Shown here in pieces: positions 28,208 through 37,394 of a stretch of DNA of 64,000 bases. The translations under genes and the position numbers were made by a program. Location: positions 128,001-192,000 of the forward strand of contig JBGARZ010000013.1 of NCBI GenBank assembly GCA_044229975.1, given 5' to 3'. Position 1 is the first letter of the stretch. Each line of letters opens with the position of its first letter. This stretch comes from Polyangiales bacterium. Its GTDB lineage: Bacteria; Myxococcota_A; Polyangia; Polyangiales; Ga0077539. The notes under the pieces are model-generated. The model had not been told where the DNA came from. It searched no databases and saw only the letters and a program-made list of their open reading frames with translations.

Positions 28208-29305
28208 ATGCGCTGGTCGTCGTCGGTCGCGTTCGCCCTCTGCCTCTTCGCCACCCGCGCCTCGGCGCAGCACAGCGGCGGTCGCTCGGGCCACAGCAGC
28301 TTCGGCGGCGGATCATCGAGCCACAGCTCATCCTCGTCGTCGCGCTCGTCGTCTTCGTCCTCCTCGTCGCACTCCTCGACGCCGACCCGCGTGGCTCCTT
28401 GGCGACGCATCACGCCGACGGCCACGCCCGGTGAGTTCGCGGCTCCTCCCACCGCCACGGTGACGGTCCCGGCCGAGGAGCGCCTCGCGGTGGCGGTGCT
28501 CCCGACGCTCTACGACCCGCCGTCGGCGCCCGCGGGCGTGGTGGTCTTCGGGCTCTCGTTTGGTGTGCTCGGCGGCCTCGTCTGGGTCGTCACCCGCAAG
28601 CGCCCGCCGCTCCCGCTCGGCACCGCCGGAACACGCCCAGGCCCCTTCCCCGGCTGCGACCTGCGGCGCATCACCATCGGCTTCGACGGCACCGCGCGCC
28701 CCGCTCTCCAGTCGGCGCTGCGCTCCATCTCCACGCGCCTCGACCCTGCCAACCCGCAGGCCCGCCATCAGTCCATTCGTGAGGCGGTCGCGCTGCTCGG
28801 CGCGCACCTCGCGTCGGCGCGCTACGCCTGCGTGCAGTCGAGCGCGATGGCCGTGTCCGCCGCGGCGGGAGCCTTCGAGCGCCTCGCCACCGATCTGCGC
28901 GGTCGCTACCTCGTCGAGGCCGTCTCGAACCAGCAGACGGTGCAGGTGATGCCGGGCGCCGCGCCGCGCGTGGAGGAAGGCGCCGGGATGCTGGTGGTGA
29001 GCGTTCTGGTGGCCAGCACCGAAGACCTCGCCGAGCTCTCGGGCGCCATCTCGCGCGAGGCGCTGTTCGACGCGCTGCAACGGCTCGCTCCGTCGCGCGG
29101 TGAGGCGATGGCGGGCTACGAGCTCATCTGGTCGCCGTCCGAAGACGCCGATCGGATGTCGTCCGCCGAGCTGGAGGTGCGCTACCCCGAGCTCAAGAAG
29201 ATCGACGCGGGCGCGGCCTTCGGGCGGGCCCAGTGCGCGGCCTGCCAGACGGTGTTTGCGCGCGAGCTCGGCCGCTGCCCCCACTGCGGCAACCCTTCGA
29301 CCTGA
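28208..29305 (+). CDS. DUF1517-like domain protein with Ser-rich linker and C-terminal Zn ribbon
   Basis: SGGRSGHSSFGGGSSS N-terminus, TM, ELIWSPSEDADRMSSAELEVRYPEL, CAAC...CPHCG. Confidence 0.78.
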   Translation: MRWSSSVAFALCLFATRASAQHSGGRSGHSSFGGGSSSHSSSSSSRSSSSSSSSHSSTPTRVAPWRRITPTATPGEFAAPPTATVTVPAEERLAVAVLPTLYDPPSAPAGVVVFGLSFGVLGGLVWVVTRKRPPLPLGTAGTRPGPFPGCDLRRITIGFDGTARPALQSALRSISTRLDPANPQARHQSIREAVALLGAHLASARYACVQSSAMAVSAAAGAFERLATDLRGRYLVEAVSNQQTVQVMPGAAPRVEEGAGMLVVSVLVASTEDLAELSGAISREALFDALQRLAPSRGEAMAGYELIWSPSEDADRMSSAELEVRYPELKKIDAGAAFGRAQCAACQTVFARELGRCPHCGNPST

Positions 29306-29338
29306 CCTCACCCTCTCTCATCCCCCATCGGAGTCTTC

Positions 29339-30370
29339 ATGGAACATCGTCAACTCGGACGCTCGGGCCTCAAGGTGCCCGTGCTCAGCCTCGGCACCGG
29401 CACCTTCGGGGGCGTCGGCGCCATGTTCAGCAAGTGGGGCGCGACGGACGTGAGCGAGGCCACGCGCCTCGTCGACGTCTGCCTCGAAGCCGGCCTCAAT
29501 TTCTTCGACACGGCCGACGTGTACTCGAAGGGTGCGGCCGAGGAGATCCTCGGTCAGGCCATCAAGGGGCGGCGCGATGACGTGCTCATCTCCACCAAGG
29601 CGACGTTCACCTCGGGCACCGGGCCCAACGGCAAGGGCTCCTCGCGCTGGCACCTCATCCGCGCCTGCGAGGCCAGCCTCAAGCGCCTCGGCACCGATTA
29701 CATCGACCTGTACTTCATGCACGCCTTCGACGCGCTCACCCCCGTGGACGAGTCGCTGCGCGCGCTCGATGACCTCGTCCGCGCGGGGAAGGTCCGCTAC
29801 GTCGGGTGCTCCAACTTCTCGGGCTGGCACCTGATGAAGGCGCTCGCCACGTCGGAGCGCGAGGGCCTCGGGCGCTACGTCTCGCACCAGGCGTACTACT
29901 CGCTCATCGGGCGGGAGTTCGAGTGGGAGCTCATGCCGCTCGCGCTCGACCAGGGCGTCGGAACCATGGTCTGGAGCCCCCTCGGCTGGGGCCGACTGAC
30001 GGGGAAGATCCGCAGGGGTCAACCGCCGCAGGGCGGGCGCATCCAGCAAGGTGGCGCCGACGGCGGCCCGAAGGTGGACGACGAGTACCTCTACACGGTG
30101 ATGGACGCCCTCGACGCGGTGGCCGCGGAGACGGGCAAGAGCGTCCCGCAGATCGCCCTCAACTGGCTGCTGGGGCGACCGTCGGTGACCAACCTGGTCA
30201 TCGGCGCGCGCAACGAGGAGCAGCTCCGGCAGAACCTCGGCGCCCTCGGCTGGAACCTCACCGCCGAACAGGTCGCGCGCCTCGACGACGCGAGCCGACG
30301 CGAGCCGATCTACCCCTACTGGCACCAGGCCGACTTCGCCGAGCGCAACCCGTTTCCCACCCGCTGGTGA
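29339..30370 (+). CDS. Aldo/keto reductase
   Basis: LGRSGLKV, FDTADVYS, SLKRLGTDYIDLY, GKVRYVGCSN, WSPLG. Confidence 0.94.
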   Translation: MEHRQLGRSGLKVPVLSLGTGTFGGVGAMFSKWGATDVSEATRLVDVCLEAGLNFFDTADVYSKGAAEEILGQAIKGRRDDVLISTKATFTSGTGPNGKGSSRWHLIRACEASLKRLGTDYIDLYFMHAFDALTPVDESLRALDDLVRAGKVRYVGCSNFSGWHLMKALATSEREGLGRYVSHQAYYSLIGREFEWELMPLALDQGVGTMVWSPLGWGRLTGKIRRGQPPQGGRIQQGGADGGPKVDDEYLYTVMDALDAVAAETGKSVPQIALNWLLGRPSVTNLVIGARNEEQLRQNLGALGWNLTAEQVARLDDASRREPIYPYWHQADFAERNPFPTRW

Positions 30371-30425
30371 GCCTCCGCACAAACCTGACAGGAGGCTGAC
30401 ATCGCGCCCTGCGATGCTTCGGCCC

Positions 30426-31397
30426 ATGCACACCCTCCTCCTCGATCGTCCGACGGGCTTCGTCCTCCAGAGCGCGACCGACTTCTACGCGCAGTTCATC
30501 CCGGGTTCGGGCATGGCCGCCGCGTCCACCGACGGCCTCACGCTCGCGTTTCGCCTCGATCGCACCTTCGACGCCGTCGCCGCGCGCCTGCGTGACGAGG
30601 GCGCCCACCTCGTCGTCGACTACGCCGGAACCGACGACGCCGAAGCCGTCCGCGCGCAGCTCGCGCGCATCCTCGGACTGGAGGGCGACACGAACGCGTG
30701 GTGGCAGCTCGGCGCGCGCAACCCGACGGTCGGCGCGCTCCAGCGGGAGTTTCCGGGCTTCCTCACGGCGGCCAAGTCGTCGCCCTACGACGCCGCGACG
30801 TGGTCGGTGATCGCGCCGCGCATCCCGATGCACCTCGCCGCCGCCGTGAAGATGGAGCTCAGCCGCGTCTACGGCGACACCGTGCGCCTCGGCGACGTCG
30901 AGCATCGGGTGTTTCCGCGACCCGAGGTGCTCGTCTCGCTCGCGCGCATCGAGGGCCTCACCGACGAGAAGGTCGCCCGCCTGCGGGGCGTCGCGCAGGC
31001 CGCGCTCGACGGCCGCCTCGACGCCGAGACGCTGCGCCGCCAACCCGAGGATGTCGCCCTGCGCGAGCTCCAGCGCCTCCGCGGCGTCGGCCCCTGGTCC
31101 GCGAGCCACATCTACTACCGCGGCGCGGCGCCCATCGACGCGCTGCCCACCACCGAGCCGCGCGTGCTCCACGGTCTCGCCCACGCGCGCGGCGTCGCGT
31201 CGGTCACCACTGCGGACTTCGTTCGCGAGGCAGGCGACTGGCGGCCCTTCCGGATGTGGGTCGCGGTGCTGCTCTCGCGACACCTCGCGCGGAGCGGCCA
31301 GTGGCATGCGCCGACGCTCGCGTCGGAGCGCGCTCGCAGCGGCCGGGCGCTCGCACGTCGCGTGAGCGGCGCCGCGACACGATCCAGCGACACTTGA
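30426..31397 (+). CDS. alkA: DNA-3-methyladenine glycosylase II (HhH-GPD family)
   Basis: FPRPE, LQRLRGVGPWSA HhH motif, WRPFRMW. Confidence 0.8.
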   Translation: MHTLLLDRPTGFVLQSATDFYAQFIPGSGMAAASTDGLTLAFRLDRTFDAVAARLRDEGAHLVVDYAGTDDAEAVRAQLARILGLEGDTNAWWQLGARNPTVGALQREFPGFLTAAKSSPYDAATWSVIAPRIPMHLAAAVKMELSRVYGDTVRLGDVEHRVFPRPEVLVSLARIEGLTDEKVARLRGVAQAALDGRLDAETLRRQPEDVALRELQRLRGVGPWSASHIYYRGAAPIDALPTTEPRVLHGLAHARGVASVTTADFVREAGDWRPFRMWVAVLLSRHLARSGQWHAPTLASERARSGRALARRVSGAATRSSDT

Positions 31398-31521
31398 TGG
31401 ACGTCGGGATCGGCGAGGTCCGCGACGGCCGCTCGACGATGCGCCGCAGTTTAGCGATGGGCCGCTCCCGCGCGCCGACAACTCGGGCCGACGCCGGTCA
31501 CCGTGATAGCGTCGCACGCCT

Positions 31522-32283
31522 ATGAACGGCGTCCCGATCACCATGTTCATGCCCTTCGTGGTGCTCATCGTCGTGATCGCGATGGTGATCAACGGGCGGC
31601 GGATGCGCGCCGGCTACCTCGCCGACAACCCCCAGTTCGGCCTCGGCGCGATCGCGCAGCGGCTCGGGCTCCAGTTCGTGCACGGCGACCCCACGTACAA
31701 CATCCTCGTCAACGACCACGACCTGCGGCGATCGGCCGCCATCCCGATGATCGCCGGGATGACCGGCAACACGCAGCCCGTCGAGGCGCGCGCCGTCGGA
31801 CAGCACCGCGGTCACCCCGTGGAGTTCGTCTTCTACGACCAGACGCGCGTCGAGAAGGGGATCATCGAGACCACCTTCTTCCGCACCTTCAACTGCGTCG
31901 TGCAGGTCGGCGTCAACGGGTACGTCCCGCCCTTCGAGATCGTCCTGCGCAACGAGAACGAGTACCTCGTCACCGAGCGCATCATCGATGCGCCCGAGCA
32001 GCGCTTCGGCCACCCCGCGCTCGACCCGGTGCTCGTGCTGCGCTCTTCCGACCCGCGCCTGGGGCCAGCGTTTGCGCCCGTCGTCGGCGCCCTCATGGCC
32101 TTCGGGTACGTCCACGTCGTCGGTGACCAGGGGAGCGTGCGCTTCACCTTCACCGCGCTCGGCGCGCCCACCGCGCTCTACTACGTCGAGACGGTCTTGC
32201 AGGTGCTGCTCGGACTCGCCGACGTCCTCGAAGGCCGCCCGGCCGTGCCCGTCGCTCCGCCCGTTCCGCCTCCCGCGCGATGA
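31522..32283 (+). CDS. Hypothetical protein with N-terminal TM
   Basis: Strong GC3 bias; hydrophobic N-terminus. Confidence 0.72.
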   Translation: MNGVPITMFMPFVVLIVVIAMVINGRRMRAGYLADNPQFGLGAIAQRLGLQFVHGDPTYNILVNDHDLRRSAAIPMIAGMTGNTQPVEARAVGQHRGHPVEFVFYDQTRVEKGIIETTFFRTFNCVVQVGVNGYVPPFEIVLRNENEYLVTERIIDAPEQRFGHPALDPVLVLRSSDPRLGPAFAPVVGALMAFGYVHVVGDQGSVRFTFTALGAPTALYYVETVLQVLLGLADVLEGRPAVPVAPPVPPPAR

Positions 32284-33089
32284 ACCCCTACGCGGTCGCC
32301 CCCGAGCAGTGGCCGGTGCCCTGCAACCGCTGCGGCGCCTCGCTCCGCATGACGGGACAGCCGTCGCCCTACGGCGGCGCCGTGATGATGGCGTGCCCCT
32401 TCTGTCAGGCCGTGGAGCACCTGCCGTACGAGGCGTCGGAGCGCGTTCGCATCGCCCACGAGCGCGTGTCGATGCTGCGGATGGCGATGACCGCGGCCGA
32501 GGGTCCGGCCCGCGCGATGGACGCACTCATGCGCAGCCGGCCGTGGATCGGCGGAGTGATCGTCGGCGGCGTGATGGGGCTCAACATGATCTCGTCGCTG
32601 GTGAACAACCGCGCGAGCCTGGAGCGCGCCGGGGCGTCGATGGCGGCCGACGATCGGTGGAAGCTGATGTTCCAGTCGTGGGCGATGGGCCTTGGGGGCA
32701 TCGGGTTCGCGGTGGGCGGATACGTGGGGTGGTGGTTCGCGCTGAAGTCCTACCGGGCCGCGGTGGAGCCGACCACGTGGGCGCGGCCGCCGCTCTCTCC
32801 GCAGGGCGCAGCGCGCTGTCGCTGCTGCGGGGCCGACCTCGTGATGCAGTGGGGCGCGACCGTCACCTGCGGCTACTGCCAGACGCAGAACCTCCTCAGC
32901 CGCGCGCTCATCGACCGCCGCGACGCGCTGCTCCAGGAGGAGACGCTGATGCACCAGCAGCGGGCCGCGGGAGTGATCCAGCGCGGCAACGTCGCGCACC
33001 GCAACTTCAGCCGATGGTGGTGGGTCGGCGGCCTCGCGGGCGCCGGTGCGATGGTGGCGCTCGCGGCGGTGCTGGCCTCTGTGGGGTGA
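32280..33089 (+). CDS. Membrane protein with two Zn-ribbon (CxxC...CxxC) modules
   Basis: CNRC...CPFC and CRCC...CGYC flanking TM helices; ATGA coupling. Confidence 0.72.
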   Translation: MNPYAVAPEQWPVPCNRCGASLRMTGQPSPYGGAVMMACPFCQAVEHLPYEASERVRIAHERVSMLRMAMTAAEGPARAMDALMRSRPWIGGVIVGGVMGLNMISSLVNNRASLERAGASMAADDRWKLMFQSWAMGLGGIGFAVGGYVGWWFALKSYRAAVEPTTWARPPLSPQGAARCRCCGADLVMQWGATVTCGYCQTQNLLSRALIDRRDALLQEETLMHQQRAAGVIQRGNVAHRNFSRWWWVGGLAGAGAMVALAAVLASVG

Positions 33090-33997
33090 AGGGTGACACG
33101 ATCGCTCGGGTGACATCCCGTGGGCATCGGTCGGTGGGCTCGTCGTGGTGCGTCGCGATCACCTTCGCGATGGGATGCGCGGCCGATCACTCCGACGCGC
33201 TACCGAAGGCATCCGTCGACGCCGGAATCACGCGCGAGGACGTCCCTCGTGATGTGCCGCGCGACGTGCGCTCCGACGCCGGCGTGGTGTCACCGATCGA
33301 CGTGCCGCCCGCACCGCGCGCCAACGTCAACGTGCTCATCACCGCCGACAACGCGTACGGCTTCGGCTACGGCACCTCGTCGACGATGATGAACTACCTC
33401 GGTGGCGTCGAGAACGTCAGCGCCGGGGAGATCTTCGACTGCCCCGTCGGGGTCGGCACCGAGGCGTACGTCGTGCCCGCGGCCGACGCCCCGAGCGGTG
33501 CGTTTCTGTACATCGTCACGTGGTCGGACATGGCCGTCACGCAGGGCGTGATCGCGCAGTTTCGACGCGCGGGAGACCCCACGACCATCTACACGGGCGA
33601 CCCCCGCTTCGAGGTGTGCGCGACGGGCGTTCCCTTCGACCTCGGCACCCGCGGGCCGTCGCTCGCGGTCATCAACGAACAGATCGCGCGCTGCAACGCT
33701 CGATCGGGCGACCCGGCCACCACCAGCGCCGGGTGGGTCAACGCAACGGGAACCGCCAACGGAGCGCTCGCGATCGGCGAGGACAACACCACCGACCGCG
33801 GCAGCCCGGCGCCCGGCAACGAGTTTCCCGTGGCGTGCGGCATCGACCCGAGCGCGCGATGGATGTGGTTCAACTGGAGCCCCGCGACGCTCGTGTGGCC
33901 CACGACGGGGAGCCCGTTTCTCTACCCGTCGGGGTCGAACAACCCGACGAAGCAGTTCCTGATCTTCCGCCTGGGAGCGGAGTACATCCCCGGGTGA
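33086..33997 (+). CDS. Lipoprotein with lectin-like/beta-sandwich domain
   Basis: AMGC lipobox; DVPR linker; ITADNAY and ARWMW motifs; start uncertain. Confidence 0.68.
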   Translation: MKGDTIARVTSRGHRSVGSSWCVAITFAMGCAADHSDALPKASVDAGITREDVPRDVPRDVRSDAGVVSPIDVPPAPRANVNVLITADNAYGFGYGTSSTMMNYLGGVENVSAGEIFDCPVGVGTEAYVVPAADAPSGAFLYIVTWSDMAVTQGVIAQFRRAGDPTTIYTGDPRFEVCATGVPFDLGTRGPSLAVINEQIARCNARSGDPATTSAGWVNATGTANGALAIGEDNTTDRGSPAPGNEFPVACGIDPSARWMWFNWSPATLVWPTTGSPFLYPSGSNNPTKQFLIFRLGAEYIPG

Positions 33998-34087
33998 GGG
34001 GCAGCCCTATCAAGGTCGTTGCGCCCGGCTACCGTGGGTTTTCAACCCGCGGCGGCCACGGCGCAGCGACCTTGATAGGGGGTGCGA
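33998..34087. repeat. REP-like palindrome, family 2 (gtgggttttcaacccgc); probably also acts as a terminator between convergent genes
   Basis: 20/21-bp inverted repeat 34005..34025 / 34060..34080 enclosing an inner hairpin. Confidence 0.82.
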
Positions 34088-34095
34088 GTAAAGCG

Positions 34096-34965
34096 TCACC
34101 GCGTGATGGGCGTACACCGCGCGCGCTCGGTGTCGGTCACGAAGGCCCAGCCCAGTCCCTCCGTGCGGCCGTGGATCTGCACACACGACAGCGTCGCGGC
34201 GCCGCGCCGGACCGTTCCCCGCACAAGCACCGTCACCCTCGACCCCGGAGGCACGGAGCTCGCGTTGGGCCCCGGCTGCGTCCGCTCCGTCACCCGCAAC
34301 GCCCCGCCCGCGTGGAGCGTCGTCTCGCACGGCGGCTGCGGTGCCGCGAGCGGCGACGTCTGCCAGCACGTGGACGGCGCGAAGACCCCATCGCGGTTGC
34401 GGACCAGCAGCGCCGAGACCGCCGCGCCACGCACGCCGTCGTCGCCGAGCCGGGACGTCGCGAGGACACCGCCATTGGGCTGCTGGACGAAGCGCCAGTC
34501 CTGCGGGTCATCACCCCGATTGAACTCCGAGCGAAACTCCCACACGCACCGCGCCCGAGCGCCGACCGCGAACTGAAACACCCCGACCGAACCCCAGGTG
34601 TACGAGCGCGTCCGGGGCCCGTCGTGGTCGACCTCGTGGCCGGACGCCATCACCACCAACGCTGGGCGACCATCGAGCGTGAACTGCGCCGCGACGTGGG
34701 TGTTGTCCTCGGCGGATTCGAGCCGGAGGTCTTCTTCCGCAGGGCCGTTCGCGGTCTGGCGAACGACGCGCGCGCCGTCGTTGTAGACGCGGTCGGGGCG
34801 ACCGTCGCCGTCGAGGTCGACGACCGAGTCCGCAGTGGGCTCCGCTGGAGCGGCGGACCCGGCGTCGACGCGCGGCTGGGCGCTCGCGATCGGCAACGTG
34901 CCCGTGACACCGAGCACGCAGAACGCGAGGCGTACCGCGTTGCGTGAGGGGAACAACCCCGTCAC
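34096..34965 (-). CDS. Exported hypothetical protein (DxDGDG Ca-binding loop; SH3b-like C-terminus)
   Basis: GTG coupled to the upstream stop; ASA signal site; DLDGDGRPD; LRV...GWAF pattern. Confidence 0.6.
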   Translation of the reverse strand: MTGLFPSRNAVRLAFCVLGVTGTLPIASAQPRVDAGSAAPAEPTADSVVDLDGDGRPDRVYNDGARVVRQTANGPAEEDLRLESAEDNTHVAAQFTLDGRPALVVMASGHEVDHDGPRTRSYTWGSVGVFQFAVGARARCVWEFRSEFNRGDDPQDWRFVQQPNGGVLATSRLGDDGVRGAAVSALLVRNRDGVFAPSTCWQTSPLAAPQPPCETTLHAGGALRVTERTQPGPNASSVPPGSRVTVLVRGTVRRGAATLSCVQIHGRTEGLGWAFVTDTERARCTPITR

Positions 34966-35924
34966 CCGTTGAGCGCGCCGATGAACTCCTCGACGATGCT
35001 CTTGCCCTTCGCGAGCTCGCCCGGCGGCAGCGACACTGCGCCCACCACCGGATGGCCGCCGCCGCCATAGCGCTCGCACAGCTTGGCGATGTCGTGCTTG
35101 CGCGGGTGCTTCGACCACGGGTTGAACCCCACGGAGATCTTCACGCGCTTGGGCGTTCGCGACAGCACGACGGAGTACATCGCCGTCGGGAAGAGCTTGT
35201 AGCCGACGAACTTCGCGACGGTGTCGAGCGGCGCCTCGCTCAGGTCGAACCACGCCACCGAGCCGCGCTGCTCGCCCGATTGTTCCATGCGCTTGGAGAG
35301 CGCCTCGTGCCGCGTCTTGATGGGTTCGAGTCGGCGCAGCACGTCGGGGTGCGCCGCGAGGTCGGTGAGCGACGTCGCCCCGAGCTGCGGGATCATCCAC
35401 GCCAGCAGCGAGTCGTCGCCCTGCTCCTGCACCACGGCGGCGAGCTTCATCGCGGCCGGCTCGAAGGAGCTCGCCTGGTCGGCGTCGGTGAAGCGCGCGG
35501 CGTCGATGATGTCGCTCCAGTGCACCAGCTCGTCGAGGTCGGGCGCCGTCCAGCCCCAGCGCTCGCGGGTGATGTCGACGATGAACTTCGTGCACGACCC
35601 GTAGGTGCCGTCGTGAAACTTCCGGCCCGTGGTGCTCGACTGGAAGTGCAGCTCCGAGCCGGGCTCCTGGAAGGCGCTGACGTGGTGGTCGAAGTACCAG
35701 TCGAGGTACGGCGACTGGGTGTAGCGGTAGTCGAGGATGGCGTTGATGGCGCCGACCATGAGCTTGTCGCCCGGCGGTGGCGCGTTGGGCTCGTACAGCA
35801 GCCCCCGGAAATGAAACTTCGCCTCCGCCAGCGACGGCTGCGTCTCGCGGAGAAACCGCGAGAAGATCGCCGCGCTCGCGGCCCCGTCGAAGCAGTATCC
35901 GTGGTGGGCGACAAGCACGTCCAT
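34962..35924 (-). CDS. DHH/DHHA1 family phosphoesterase
   Basis: H..CFDG.ASAA, LDY, FDHH, C-terminal YGGGGHPVVGA. Confidence 0.85.
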   Translation of the reverse strand: MDVLVAHHGYCFDGAASAAIFSRFLRETQPSLAEAKFHFRGLLYEPNAPPPGDKLMVGAINAILDYRYTQSPYLDWYFDHHVSAFQEPGSELHFQSSTTGRKFHDGTYGSCTKFIVDITRERWGWTAPDLDELVHWSDIIDAARFTDADQASSFEPAAMKLAAVVQEQGDDSLLAWMIPQLGATSLTDLAAHPDVLRRLEPIKTRHEALSKRMEQSGEQRGSVAWFDLSEAPLDTVAKFVGYKLFPTAMYSVVLSRTPKRVKISVGFNPWSKHPRKHDIAKLCERYGGGGHPVVGAVSLPPGELAKGKSIVEEFIGALNG

Positions 35925-36013
35925 GGGGGTGTTGGCGCGGAAGATCGCATCGGCCGTGCCCCCGCAGCAAGCGTTGACCGTCGGTGCCGCCGGGGAGTAA
36001 CCCCATCGGCGCA

Positions 36014-36970
36014 ATGCGAACCCGAACCCTTGGCCGCAGCGGCGTTTCGGTGGGCGAGGTGGGCCTCGGCACCTGGGGCATCTCGGGCGAGGGCTACGGC
36101 ACCTGCTTCGAGCTCACGGCCCGCGCCACGCTGCGCGCGGCCGTCGACGCGGGCGGGTCGTTTATCGAGGTGGCCGACAGCTACCGCGAGGGCGAGGTGC
36201 TCGAATGGGTGGGCGCCCTCAAGCGCGACGTCGGCGCCGACAAGGTGTTTGCGTCGGTTCGCGTCGGCGTCGACCGCGACCCCAAGCACCCGGTACCCCG
36301 CAAGGACTTCTCCGCCGAGTACCTCACCGCCGCCTGCGAGCGCGCCATCAAGAAGCTCGGCACCGACGGCCTCGACGCCCTCGTGCTGCATAACCCCTCG
36401 GTCACCACCCTCGCGCGCGGCGACGCGTGGCGCGCGCTCCTGGCCCTGCAAGACGCCGGCAAGGCCCGGCTTATCGGCGTGAGCGTCGGCTCCGAGGACG
36501 CCGGTCGCGCCGCCCTCGCGCTCTCGCCCGACCTCATCGTGCTGCCGTACAACCTCTATGTTCCGACGATGCTGCACCGCCTGTCCGGCGAGATCAGCGC
36601 GGTGGGCGCCGCCGTGGTCGCGCGCTCGCCCCTCGCCTACGGGCTGCTCGCTGATGGCTGGTCGTCGGCGCGGCGCTTCTCCGACGACGACCACCGGCTC
36701 TACCGCTGGACGCCGCAAGACCTCACCCGCCGCATGAAGCAGCGTGACGCTTTGCGCGAGGCGCTGGTGCGCGACCCCATCCCCTCGCTGCGCGATGCGG
36801 CGCTGCGCTACGTGCTCGCCAACGGACTCGTGAGCGTCGTCGCCGCGGGCGCGCGAACGCCCGACCAGGCGGGCGAAAACGTCAGATCGGTGGAGCGCCA
36901 GCCGTACCTCTCCGACGCCACGCTCGCCGACATCGGCAACGTGCTCAGCAACGCAGGCATCGCGCACTGA
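36014..36970 (+). CDS. Aldo/keto reductase family protein
   Basis: RTLGRSGVSVGEVGLGTW, LHNP, GKARLIGVS, RSPLAYGLL. Confidence 0.88.
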   Translation: MRTRTLGRSGVSVGEVGLGTWGISGEGYGTCFELTARATLRAAVDAGGSFIEVADSYREGEVLEWVGALKRDVGADKVFASVRVGVDRDPKHPVPRKDFSAEYLTAACERAIKKLGTDGLDALVLHNPSVTTLARGDAWRALLALQDAGKARLIGVSVGSEDAGRAALALSPDLIVLPYNLYVPTMLHRLSGEISAVGAAVVARSPLAYGLLADGWSSARRFSDDDHRLYRWTPQDLTRRMKQRDALREALVRDPIPSLRDAALRYVLANGLVSVVAAGARTPDQAGENVRSVERQPYLSDATLADIGNVLSNAGIAH

Positions 36971-37166
36971 GGGGATAGGGCGTCCAACGCGGCGCCCTCG
37001 CGGGCACGGATCCGCTCGGGTTGACCGATCGCCCAGACCGCGAAGTACCCCCTTTGTGACGTGCAGTGAGAGCTCTACGCGCGCTCGCTGGAGAGCTCGC
37101 TGGTCCACTGCCCTGAAGGCGCCGACCCCGACCCCGACCCCGACCTCGACGAGTCGCGCCGAAGGC

Positions 37167-37235
37167 GTTGTTGCGCAGGGCGTCTGCGCAAGCGCACCGC
37201 GCAACAACACTGCGCAAGCGCATTGCGCAACCACA
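37167..37235. promoter_or_regulatory. Operator-like cluster of TGCGCA palindromes and a 26-bp direct repeat
   Basis: ctgcgcaagcgcaccgcgcaacaaca (37184) and ctgcgcaagcgcattgcgcaaccaca (37210); gttgttgcgc/gcgcaacaac inverted repeat. Confidence 0.45.
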
Positions 37236-37394
37236 CCAGAGAGGCGTTCGGGCAGCGACGACCGCTCTACGGACTCTGCTGCGCAGGATGCCCGTCGCGT
37301 CCCACTGCGCGAACGACGGTCCATCGCGTGGCCTTGCGTTTGCTCAGGGCAGCGTCGTCGCCCGCCGTTCGCCCTTCAGGAAGGAGGCTCAGCC

